Origin: Lingula anatina
Lineage: Eukaryota; Animalia; Brachiopoda
Reading direction: 5' to 3'
DNA: 64,000 nucleotides
Assembly: GCA_051362555.1 (NCBI GenBank)
Contig: CM120642.1
Coordinates: 434,001-498,000 of the forward strand
Made by a program: the position numbers and the translations under genes. The number at the start of each line of letters is the position of its first letter. The first letter of the stretch is position 1. The notes under the pieces were generated by a model. The model searched no databases. It worked only from the letters and a program-made list of their open reading frames with translations, and had not been told where the DNA came from. Shown here piece by piece: positions 8,483 to 20,000 of this stretch.

Positions 8483-11400
8483 GTAAGTGTTATCTTAGCT
8501 TAAGGTGGCAATTCTACGAAACATGTCATTGGGTTGCTCACCTAAGCGTTGACATAAATTGTTATCTAATTTCACGTGAACTTTCCACGTTATCTATAAT
8601 ATCATATATCATGAACTCCAGACCAAGGTACACTGTGCATTTTTGACTGTTGGCTTAGGACAATATATTGTTTTGATGACCTCAGAAAAGTGATGTCGAC
8701 CGAGGCGAATTTTTGCTCCAGAATGAATTAAATGTCTATCTTCCAAAATATTAAGTTGCATTATTTCACCATGCAGATACTGGTACTTAGCTGAGGTTGA
8801 AATACTTCTTGAATTTCTGTATGAAAAAGAAAAATTGTATTTAAAACTATGATGTTAATCTTTGCCTGGATTCTGTATTGGCAGAGATGAGAACAAGAAG
8901 AGAGAAGACTATCTGGAGTGGTCGGAATACTTTATGGCCATAGCTTTCTTGTCAGCACAGCGCAGCAAGGATCCCAACTCTCAGGCATGCCACTCCACAG
9001 CCAGACCATTTCGTTCTTTTTTTTCCTTCTTTTCTTTCTTTCTTTCTTTCTTTCTATATGTTTCTTTTTTTCTTTATTATGTGTGTATGTATTAATTGAG
9101 GATAAAAATATGGTAAATATAAAATGATCTTCCCAAGGCCCTCATTGGTTAAGCTGTACGTCCTGTGCACTTCTCTTTTTCCCTTTTTCTAAGGTATTTT
9201 TTATTATTCAGTGATTAAACCTAGTAATTTGGTTTAAAAAATTCAAGTAGAATTGTCAGCTTGTTTGATATTGATTTAAAAGTTATTTGATGTTTGATGT
9301 TCTTACCAAATTGAAAATATAGAAAACAGAATGATAAAGTAGATAGAGAGGGTTTAGAGATTATTATTTGCAGAACGGCCTTTATTAGAATATACTTTGG
9401 TGTGTAATAAAAATTGTTGAATTTTGAAATAAAATTCATTTTCTGTCGTAAAATCAGGATTTAATTTTATGTATTGAAAAGAGATCATTCAGAGTTGTTA
9501 GTCAAACAGTGACTGTCTCTCTCCCAGGTTGGGGCGTGTATAGTGAACCAGGAGAACAAAATAGTGGGTATTGGCTACAATGGAATGCCCAACGGTTGCA
9601 ACGATGACTTCTTGCCTTGGAGAAGAGTAGCGGAGAACAAACTGGACACCAAGTATCCATATGGTAAGAGTTTAATACTTAAACATCAATGTCATGCTAT
9701 AATTCACTTTGTCAGGGTAAACAGAATAATTTAAAGTGAGTAGAATGTTTATAATGTGTTATTTTTGCAACATCATGTGCATCATGTACTTTTTTAATAC
9801 CATCATCAATCATGTAAACCACAAACAACAGACCCTTCCACTAAATGAAATTTTCTTGAGATCCTTCATATTTATATTAGAAAATCACACATTTGATCAG
9901 TTCTACATGCATATTAATGAAATAGTTCATGTGTGACAAAAGCGTTACAATGGACTGCTGATAACATCTGCACAGCTGAAATGCAGCCGAGTTGGTGACA
10001 CCAAGGTCATTATGCGCCCCTTAATTTATGATATCAGACACACCTGACAGGCATATAAAGCTCACTAATATCAATAGGTGTTTACACGGAATTTGTCTTA
10101 ACATAAATTTAAATGCTGTGGAAAGATCTTAAACAACTATAAAGATGTCATTGCTTGATAATTTTTAAGGTTTTAATTTACATATCTTTATGTGTTATTA
10201 CTTATCATTTTGCTGAGAAAACATTAAGCAAAATTAGATATGATAATTAAATATGTATTAGATATGATCAGAAGATAATTAACTGTGGTCAAGGAAAATG
10301 CAAAATGTTTGACTTATATTTTCAGTTTATCAACAATTAATGAAAAATATGCAGACTAAAACAAATCAAAGCAAATAATTAGAATTATAATGATAAATAA
10401 AATTAGAAAAGTAAAATATTAAAGTGGGGTAAAAGGTCAGAAGATGGACACATACACGCTTGCTCTATATGTTATGCAATAAGATGTAGACTGCAGTAGT
10501 CTGGTCCCTCTGATGAGTTGCATGCCACGGGTCATTAAATCAGCATATGAAAGGTTATAAATCAGGTGGACAGATATGCATGAGAGGCTCCACCAAGGCC
10601 AGGCCTGAGAGTGGACATACTGCATGGAGGAGGATGAGACGTGGAGATGAAATCTTACTGAGATAATGAGAGTGAGTGGACAGTAGCATATCAGGATATG
10701 GAGGGATATGGAGTGTTCTGTTCATGTGATGTGTTTTGCAGACCTTGATGCGGAGATTTTGTAGTGTTTAGCATGCAGGCTATTTGGGATTATCAAGGAA
10801 AGTTGCAGAGGAAAATTTAGGAACAATTTTTGGAAAATAAATCACAGCTGGGTATCGTATATGAAATATTCCTTGATCAAACTCAAGTCCTTTTGAGTTG
10901 ACAGGTTGGTAGGGACAAATTCTTTTGAACTGCAGTGTGATTCATCTTCATATTGATTTACTTTTCTACCACTGGATAGGACTTGAGGATTTTTGAATGT
11001 GAACGAGGAATTGAAGTGGAGTATTGCTACTGCTACAGTAGGAGCTTGGTTACCTAAAGATAACATCACTGTCTGGTGAAATCACATATGGAAATATAAA
11101 CAACCTTGTGTGGAGTAGGACTGCAATATGGTGGTGTAAGACCCTCTTATCTCCTGACTTTTCCCATGTTTTCTCTGACTTCACAACATTTACTAAACTT
11201 TAACTGAAAAAAAAAAAAAGTTGTGATTTTCTAATACATCAAATACAAGTTCAACAGGTGAAAAATAATGGATGTGATGTCTTGTATTTGTTCACTTTGT
11301 CCTTGTGGCAAACGCGGTTATGTCAAATGGATGTTTTTCTACTTGATGATTGCTGCGGTGATATTCCTGATCAAAGTCCAGTGGGATATTGGAGTAGTGA

Positions 11401-14400
11401 CCCAAAGTGGAACAACAGGTGGTCAACAAGTGACTGTATTACCTCCAGCAGAACCAGTGTCTACCTCAGAGGGGCACCTGTTTAGCACCTCTAGCCAAAG
11501 CACCATTGCTACAGCCACTTCTACTGGCACTACTCAAAGTCATGTCACTACCATCACTGAAGACAATCTTGGGGGAAGGAAGAAAGCCAACTCCAGCAGA
11601 AAGGCTGACAGACCAGATCCCACCATGCTTGCCAATGCGCAGACTGAAGCACAGTTCAAGATCATGGATAACATTGTGGACTTCTTACAGAAACAGTTCC
11701 CTTTTAAGACAGATGGTGTTCATAAGGAAACAATGCTGCTGAATAAAGTGACTGGAGCACTTGAAGAAAATGGGCTGCCGTTTCTTTGGATATTCTGGGA
11801 GGGGCCTAAGAGACCAGCTTATGTTGATCTCTGCTTGCTTACCACTGTGTGCCATAACCATAAACAGTTCAATGTAAGAATACTGAACAAGAGTGAATTT
11901 CTGAAGTCAGTATCAAATGTTCATCCAAGCTTTGTTAATCTCAGTATGGTCCACAAAGCTGATTACTTTAGAGTGGCCATGCTTAATGACTATGGAGGTG
12001 TCTACTTTGACTCAGACACCATTAGTTTTAAAGGCATGGGCAACATGTACAGAGATCTCCGTCACTACGACGTCATGGGGGCGAGCTCCTATACTGACAG
12101 CATTCATTTTGGAAACCTTGGTCCTTTCCGAGCACACACAAATTTTACTCAGAAATGGCTAGAACAACTCCATGCCAAGTTTGATCAGCGTTCAAAAAGC
12201 CTTGAGACAGGAAATGACCCCTTTTATTGGTCTGAGGTAGGGGGCGCTGTTGCTGTTCCCATTCTTGATAAACTGATTTCCCAGAATTCTGTAAGATATC
12301 ACAAAGTAAAAGGTGTCAGTACTTGGATACAGCTGAACCCAAATGAACTGATGAGTGAGGCGGGGGACTTGGTTAAGAAACTGAAAGAGACAGAGATTAT
12401 GTCTTTAAATAATAAACTTTATCCTGATAAGTACAAAAAGAAGACCACTCATGAGGTCTTAAGATCTCGCAGAGGTTTATCACAGCTCCTGCGCTATTCT
12501 CTGGTGAAATGTTGGAATAACTTACACTGAACTTTTTAATTTTTTCAAATTTTGTACTTACACTGCTGCAACATTTATTTTTGGGTTCCTAGTAAACATA
12601 TTTAAATAAATTGGGTCACAGTCAATTTTTGTGAACAGATTCTTCGAAGTATTTTAGGTTCTGCAAGTGCAATATTAAATGGAGATGAAAATATCCTACG
12701 ATTATAATTCTGATAATATAGATATATAATAGAATAATAAAAGTATCTAACAAAGATTTTATTTCTTTTCAATAATGGGTGTCAAAAATCCATTGCAAAT
12801 ATGAAAGATGTGCTTCAACTAGTCAGTAACGATTATCTTTGGATTTTTTTAAACCGATGCTTTTGAAGTTGAATTATTTACTTATAGCATTATTATTAAA
12901 CAGCTAGAATAAAGCTAAATTTGTTTTTGTTTTCTTGTACTTTATAAGGGTTTCCCCAAATTGAAATTAAATTTATTTTTAAAGTAATGCATATTTGCTT
13001 GTTTATTTGCCCCAAAAGATTAAAATAAAAAAGACTCATTTGCCCCAAAAGATTAAAATAAAAAATACCATCACACTTGACTGATAGCAATTTTTTGTAT
13101 GTATTCGGATAAATATTCATCTTGAGAAAACTTGCCATAATAAATGTCAGATAATGACATAATAAATAAATATAATGTTGATTATCGTGTTAGCTAATAA
13201 CAAAGAAAATATTCATTCCATAAGATTTGTTTGAGATGAGGGATATTTGAGGTTGGAGAGGAGATGGTGCTGTCTGCTATATTTGGTAATTGCTTCAAAC
13301 TCCAAATGCCATGTTTATTCATATACTTAAAGGCATAATAACTCTTTGTATGAGACCTATATTTCACAATAAAAACCTTGTGAATAACTCATAGAAATAT
13401 AATATATTCTGTTTTACCACAAAAACAGCAGTTATAGCTTTTATTCTGATATTTGAACTTGTCTTTAGACCACGTGACCTCCATTGATGTCTATACTCTG
13501 TTAAAATCTCTTAAGAGATTTTAACAAGAAACCAAACTTTTTAGAAAAAAACCAGGGACTAACTTTGAATGTAAAAATGGATTCATTAACCATTGGTAAG
13601 TATGGGAAAATTGTTGTTTACTCCAGGAAAATTCATTTTTTGGCCGAAACGAAGAGTTATTATTGCTTTAATTTTTTCAAGATTTTTATCATTTTAGACA
13701 TTCACAAGAAGACTTGCAGACTAGAAGTCAGATTTCAAAACTTTTTTCTTTTTGGTTGGAGGAGGATTATAAATGTGTGCTTTTTGAATTTATTGAACTT
13801 TCCTTCTATTTCAGTGTGTCATGCGGAACTAAATGCAATATTGAATAAGAACTCTGCAGATGTGAAGAATTGTACGATCTATGTCGCATTGTTCCCTTGC
13901 AATGAATGTGCCAAGCTCATCATCCAATCAGGGATCAGGGAAGTGATCTTTGTGTCTGACAAGTATCACGACATTCCGGAAATGGTGGCCTCTAGGAAAC
14001 TTCTGGATATGGCAGGTGTCAAATATAGGTACAGTAATTTGGGGATATTCTTTTGCCAGACTTAAGCAAAAAGATATGTTAGGCAAAGTATGTTTAAAAA
14101 GCCATATCTTCCAAGGTTTTGTTTTTATACTAGTTGCTTGGGTGGTTAGTTTGACCATGAAATCATTTTCTGATAATCCTGCAAAAATAAAATGATTTGA
14201 ATACCCTGAAATATTTACACGTCCTGTATGCAACTGAAGAAGACGTGTTGACGGGAATTACCTTAATATTCCTAACTGTTCTAATAATATGTACCATGTA
14301 CCTGCAAGTTGCGAAGACTAGCTTAGGTTGTATTTGTCTTTGTTATATCAGTTCCAAAGATATTTTAAGTTTTAGAAAGAAAGCTGTAATCTTAAATGTT

Positions 14401-14511
14401 TTTGTCTCCACTTCCAGGCAGTTTCAGCCCAAATCCAAGCAGATTGTGATAGATTTTGCAGCAATAGACGGGAAACCGCCCAATCCTTTGAAGTCCATTG
14501 CTTCACCATAA
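8385..14511 (+). CDS. DCTD: Deoxycytidylate (dCMP) deaminase, 5 exons, 213 aa
   Basis: Exons 8385-8482, 8885-8984, 9528-9663, 13815-14028 and 14418-14511 (642 nt). Spliced protein has [47 protein letters not shown], and zinc-binding CHAE...FPCNEC motifs typical of eukaryotic dCMP deaminase. Confidence 0.96.
8885..8984 (+). CDS. DCTD: DCTD exon 2 (GC donor)
   Basis: ggcag|A GAT GAG...TCT CAG|gcatgc; phase 0 into VGACIV. Confidence 0.88.
9528..9663 (+). CDS. DCTD: DCTD exon 3
   Basis: ctcccag|GTT GGG GCG TGT...TAT G|gtaaga. Confidence 0.93.
11268..12530 (+). CDS. Intronless type II membrane DxD glycosyltransferase (GT32 / capsular polysaccharide synthesis protein-like), nested in DCTD intron 3
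   Basis: 420-aa ORF: Cys-rich short tail, hydrophobic segment [15 protein letters not shown], Thr/Ser-rich stem, then LWIFWEG...YVDLCLLT...HN...[22 protein letters not shown], the GT32-like 'D..R..L..YGG.Y.D.D' signature. Strong start context (ataATGG), upstream acceptor caacag| at 11257, AATAAA at 12605. Confidence 0.85.
   Translation: MDVMSCICSLCPCGKRGYVKWMFFYLMIAAVIFLIKVQWDIGVVTQSGTTGGQQVTVLPPAEPVSTSEGHLFSTSSQSTIATATSTGTTQSHVTTITEDNLGGRKKANSSRKADRPDPTMLANAQTEAQFKIMDNIVDFLQKQFPFKTDGVHKETMLLNKVTGALEENGLPFLWIFWEGPKRPAYVDLCLLTTVCHNHKQFNVRILNKSEFLKSVSNVHPSFVNLSMVHKADYFRVAMLNDYGGVYFDSDTISFKGMGNMYRDLRHYDVMGASSYTDSIHFGNLGPFRAHTNFTQKWLEQLHAKFDQRSKSLETGNDPFYWSEVGGAVAVPILDKLISQNSVRYHKVKGVSTWIQLNPNELMSEAGDLVKKLKETEIMSLNNKLYPDKYKKKTTHEVLRSRRGLSQLLRYSLVKCWNNLH
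12605..12610 (+). terminator. Candidate poly(A) signal of nested glycosyltransferase
   Basis: AATAAA about 75 nt after TGA, followed by T/GT-rich sequence; a second AATAAA lies near 12736. Confidence 0.45.
13331..13667. mobile_element. Kolobok-like non-autonomous element (TTAA TSD) in DCTD intron 3
   Basis: TTAA|AGGCATAATAACTC...GAGTTATTATTGCT|TTAA; central perfect 28-bp palindrome at 13499-13526. Confidence 0.6.
13815..14028 (+). CDS. DCTD: DCTD exon 4 (catalytic HAE/PCxxC)
   Basis: tttcag|TG TGT CAT GCG GAA...TAT AG|gtacag. Confidence 0.93.
14418..14511 (+). CDS. DCTD: DCTD exon 5
   Basis: ttccag|G CAG TTT CAG CCC ([13 protein letters not shown])...TAA. Confidence 0.9.
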
Positions 14512-15168
14512 TACAAGATGGGAGGAAACTTAAAACAGAATTGGTCTTAATTTTTAGACCAAGAATTTCATCCCTTTTAACTCAGTAGATTCATGGCAGT
14601 CCACTAGCCTAGTGAAGTAATGGCCTGTCACATGACCCATGTTGCTATTGTTATGCAACAGTCACAATGTTTCACCAGGTTGGACTGTTGTGGATCAGGG
14701 TATACCAGGAATCTTAATCTGTAACATAGGATCAGATTTTGGGCTTGTTATTTTGTGAATCAGATTCCCTTGTTTCACTTTTATTTGGTATCTTTTTTCA
14801 CTCATACATGGGTAATCTATGAAGTTAAAAGGCAATGCTTGCTATGATTTGATTTATGTGTTCATCTTGCACTGCCTTGGTGGTTCTAGCAGTATAATCG
14901 CATAATAGAAAATGTTTATTTTCATTGAAAAAAACATTTAGGAGAAATTCAATTTATTGTTCACAAAATTTGTTCAGATATTGGAGGAGAATATTTCTCA
15001 TCCTTTTGGATTTTAAATTTCAAAATAAGATCAAGAGAAAATGCCCAGGTTATTTTCTCGTTAAAATTTGAAGATCTGATTATGCTGACCCATATTATGG
15101 GAATCCTTTACCACGCGAATCTTTTATTGTATGAGATATTATAATTGTTTGTTTGTGATTAAAAAACA

Positions 15169-15232
15169 TTTATTTCTTCCAGAAATAAAATGAAAAGGAT
15201 GAAAACAAATAATGAGTTCAACAGCATTTATT
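15169..15232. terminator. Convergent poly(A) signals of DCTD (+, 15184-15189) and Shroom (-, 15227-15232 and 15169-15174)
   Basis: AATAAA on both strands within 65 bp between two convergent stop codons. The region is AT-rich, so chance matches are possible. Confidence 0.4.
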
Positions 15233-16833
15233 TACAGAATAAGTTATAAAAATATACTCCTTGGAGGCCATCGTGGACTGGTCTGCACGGATAATGGTTT
15301 AAAAATTTCAAAATCTTTCTCTTCACAGAGGGAACATGAGGGTGTTTCTAACTGCAAAGAAATTCACATTAAAAAGACAATCAAAAGTTCTCTTTAAAAT
15401 CTTCAAGTAAATAATGTGAAATTATGTGACATGATTCAATAAACTATAAATTACTTTCTAACTTGTACAATTTTTAAAAACAACACCTCCAAAGAAAACA
15501 GTTAACACACGTGATCATTGAGCTCACTTCAGGTGTAGGAAATTGACTTTTAATATACAGTAGTGGATGCCAGTGGAAAAAATGGAATAAAAGGAGTGAA
15601 AGTTACATTGTGGTACATCTCTCCTCCACAGTTCCTCGATCTACACACACTAAAAGTTTCTATGGCAATTTCACAAATCTTTTTAACACAAAATGAAGAA
15701 ATGCAGAGTCATAAGTGCATTGTGGCACAGTACATAACAACCAAGAATATTGCAAGATATGAAGCTGGGTTTAAAACTGGACAATCTGGTCCTGCTAGCT
15801 CCTTGAACCTATAATGTCCCAATTTCATCTGACTGTAATAATAACCGTAAATATGATGAAAATAAACTTCAAACAATTTCAACTTCAAAGTCCATGACTA
15901 CATGGACCTGGATATGCCCCCTTGGTGGCAGGTTATAACATGAAATTGGAAGAGCTTTTGAAGCTAACAGACCATTTCATGAACAACATCAATTATATAC
16001 TGTACATAAGGTTGGGGAGATTCTTCTCTTTTCATTGCATCACAACTTTCAATTCCAATGTAATGACTGACAATAAATCTGAAATCTGACAATTGTCTTC
16101 TACAAATATTTCCATGTTGCCTTTCCCATACACTGCATCCTAAATAGCTACACTAAGCAAAAAGGATGTATTATTTTTCAACTTTTGCATATGTGCAAAG
16201 ATTTTAGTACAAACGAATTTATATATCTAAAACAATTCAAGTCCCATGCCAACAACATAAGGCAAGTAAGATATAATCATCCAGTTCTTATGTATGAAAA
16301 AAATATGATGGAAAAAATACTTCACACTCCTTATTGTGGGAATGCTTGGGTTTTCTATACTATGCAATATAGTTTCCCTATTAACTGCAAGCACTTACAT
16401 GTATTATATAATTATAAATGGCTTATTAAACCAGAGATTCCTCAAATGTTCAGTTCAGTGGGCTTTGGAGAGTTCTGTACATGTTTTAAGTGCTCTGCAC
16501 TTCTACCTTATTTAAATATGATGCAGTATTCAAGCATCTTTCTTAATTCTGTGAATTCGAAGAGGCATTCATGTGAAAATACACCTTTTAAGCAGGTCCA
16601 CCTTTCACCAAAAGCACACTGGCAAAAATGTTATGCACACATACCGCCTCCACAATAAACTTGCAAATATATAATGGACATTTTAATAATTGCTGTAGCA
16701 ACATTAATCAATAAATTGGCCAGAGAGATTACAGGAGTTTCATTATCCAATCTATTATCTGTATGCAAGTGAAACCAAAGAACCTCGGCAGTTAAACATT
16801 TTTTCCAAGGACCTTCTTGCATGATACTGCCAT

Positions 16834-17097
16834 CTATCTATGTGTTTTTTCCATGCTTCTTTTCAGAGCATCCAGCTGTTCCTCAGCCAGTTTCATTTTA
16901 TCCTCCAACTCATGATAATCCATAGTGAGCTTAGTTTTCATGTCCACAAAATGCTGGTAATCCTCAAACTCCTCTTCAGAGAGATACTCCTTCAAAAATT
17001 TGGCAACTTGGTTGCTACGACGATCTATTCCCTCTTTCAACATTTTGGCATCTTCATGCTGTTTGCTGAGCTTGTCTCTCTTCTCTTCCAGAACAGA
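16834..17097 (-). CDS. Shroom: Shroom terminal coding exon (ASD2)
   Basis: ttacag|TCT GTT CTG GAA...TAG; 88 codons. Confidence 0.92.
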   Translation of the reverse strand, partial: SVLEEKRDKLSKQHEDAKMLKEGIDRRSNQVAKFLKEYLSEEEFEDYQHFVDMKTKLTMDYHELEDKMKLAEEQLDALKRSMEKTHR

Positions 17098-20000
17098 CTG
17101 TAAGAAAGAAAACTGGACATTAGCAATGGGCAGGGTATTCTGCAAATAAAACCTACTAGTAAATACCTTTATTTTTTACCACAGAGGAAGTGGAGAACAA
17201 AAGACTCAGACCTGGTGTCCGTCTGACACAAACATACGTCATGTATGAATTTAAGATCCACCAATTTTTGTGTCTTTTGTTCTCACCATTTGCCCTGGGA
17301 TATGCCTATGATACCACTCGCCATGCAGCTAGTACACAGCAATGAGCCACACACATGAACTGTGAGGGATTATCAAAAGTAACATTGGACCCAGGCTTTA
17401 TATTTCTTCCACATTTTCATCCATGTTAGTTGAAGACTTCAACTAACAGTTGACCTTATAATGTCATATGAAAAACTTGGTCTGCGGAATTCTTGAAGAA
17501 ATAGATTGGAATGAAAAGATGTTTTCCCACAGCAGACGGTTTTAAACCAGAACATCATGTTTTTGTTTAAAACTGCACTCTTAATATCTGATCCTTTTAC
17601 TGGCCTTCCAATCAACAAAGATACACAACGGGGAAGACCTTTGTGTAAACAATGACTTCAAATTATACATTTACCCTCCAAAGAAAACACCATCTTGCCA
17701 TGAATACACTTTAGACATGATTAAAATACCAGTACATTCATAAATCTTGTCCTGTGGCAGAAACAGGGGTAGGAAAAAAAGATCAAACTGCTATTTGCTC
17801 CATAAACATTCTACATTTGATGTGAAATGGGGAAGATCATACAAAACCAGCACTCAACACTTATTACACAGGAAATTAAAGGTGCCCTTTTTCTCATAAA
17901 GTAAAGCTTCTCTATCAACTAATTCTATCATGCATGTATGTTTTAATTATACAACATACTAATGGAAATACCAAGGCCACACTGTGTGTATGCGACTGCT
18001 CTGTAAATGTACCTTCTCTTTTTCGTCGGCATTTATATCCAAACTCATGACAGCGTTCTCGGCCCTGGCTAGACGCCCAGACAGCTTGAACAACAACTGC
18101 ATGATCTTGACAAGTTCATCAATGTACGACTTGTATTTGTCTATCTCGCTCTGCTGCCGGCACTTCTGTTCCACAAAAGCAGTGACCTAAAGTGAGAACA
18201 TAGTGATTATATTATAAACAATTTAGTTCTAGTTTTTCTAAAGTTTAGAAAACTTTTTTTTTAGCAAATATGATAATGAAATTTCTCTTCTTAATTTAAC
18301 AATTTGGAAGTCAATACCAGTTTTTTTTTATTAACAATGACACCTTCACATCTTCCAAAATGTGACATAATTTGTAATTTCTGGATTTCTACAATTTCTT
18401 GGCTGTCTTCATACGCTTTATAATAACTCCTCTTCAACAAATTTAGTAACATGAAAAGTAATTGTAAGCACAAATATAAGAAGTTGATGTTTGTTTTCTT
18501 AGCTTACATGTTTGCCAAGATCATTGTTCTGTTGTATTTCCTCTTCCAGTTGTTCTTTTTCCTCTTTCAAAACATCTAGCTTTTTCTGCATACGATCAAT
18601 AAGTTCCTCCTGAAAGAAATAAAGACAAATAGTTAAAGACAAATAGTTGGTACAGGTAAGCGATTCATGGAAGGGCCTTGTTGTTCTGAACTGGTGTTTT
18701 TGAGTCTTCATAAATCAATAAACACCTTACAAAGTGAACTCCAATGTAAGACCCATTTTTTACAACCACTTCTGAAAATTCTTCTATGATCAGTTACAGC
18801 TAATTTAATTCCTACAAACCACTTATCTTGTATGTTTAACAAGGGTAATGGCCCAAGGCCAAAAATTTTAGTTCCAATTATCACTTTCAAGTATTATACT
18901 CTGAAACTTTCTCATACCTTTTTCTTTTCCAGATCATTGGTGTCACTACATAGATCTTTCAGTCGTTCGTCTTTACTGATTCCTTCTTCTCTCATTCTGT
19001 TCTCCAGTTTGGCCGTTTCAGGAGAGCTCCAATATGGAGAAGTTGGAGGGAGGGGGGAAGACATCCTAGAAAGAGTGAGATTTTTTCAATAAAACTGTAG
19101 ATTGTATATCACATGTCATGACAAGGTGACCAAGAAAAGATAATCAAAAGAAGCCTTAAAGTGTATAATTTATGGTAATTCTGGTTTGGAGAATGGGCAT
19201 GCCAATAAAACAAGGGAAGTCGGGGGGAAAAATGGGTCATTTACTGAATCCTCTTTTAAATTCTATTGCCAAATCAAATGAGTCACTTAAAATTCAGGTT
19301 TATTCACTTACTTTGCATCACTTGAATTCAAACTGTTTTCCTTTTCATCTGTGTTGGATCTTGCCTGTGGAGATTTCCCATCAGCCCCTCGCCTGCGATT
19401 ACCTGTGGGAACACATCCAGTTTCAAACAGTCCATTCATGTAATCAGTTGTCTTTTTCATCTCAGAAGAGGGCGCTAATACTGCCGACAGCTGCTCATCT
19501 TTTTCACGAAGCTCTTTGGCCAGCCTTTGAGCCTCCACATCACACTCTAGCTCTTCCTGCGATACTTGACGACGATGAGATATCACCGGTGCAGCATTAT
19601 TATCATCAATTGTTCTTTTCTCTCCATCACTCCCCTTGCCTGGTCTTGGTTGCTGTTGTCTCAAGTCGAGTTCAGCAGGTCGATGGCGCCCCAGATCTTG
19701 TGCTGCCACCTGCTGGCTATCGTAGTTGTCACTTGCGTGGTGCTGGTTGTACCACTGCTGCTGACGTAACTGTTGCTCCTGTTCATACTTTTGTTGTTGC
19801 ATTAATTGTTGTTGGTACAACAGACGGTCACTGCTTAGTCTCCTATCAGGCGTTGTAGTCTCATTTACTCTCTGTGCAGACGACAACTGCTGTGAATTAT
19901 TCCTACTGGAGTCGCCATCTTCATTGGCCTCAGGTGAGCTCTCACGTCCAATTAGATGCAAGTTGTCTCTACTGCCACCAAACTTGGCAGAAATCTCAGC

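Noticed and set aside
13005-13066. 33-bp tandem duplication tttgccccaaaagattaaaataaaaaa
   Set aside because: Ordinary local slippage duplication with no functional cue.
8385-14511. dCMP deaminase + glycosyltransferase as a phage-like DNA hypermodification cassette or a prokaryotic contaminant
   Set aside because: DCTD has spliceosomal introns and animal neighbours. The GT has a type II TM anchor, mucin stem and N-glycosylation sequons pointing to the Golgi lumen, not DNA. No hydroxymethylase or thymidylate-synthase-like partner is present.
16185-16658. 157-aa plus-strand ORF
   Set aside because: TTG start, no motifs, and it lies antisense within the predicted Shroom 3' UTR.
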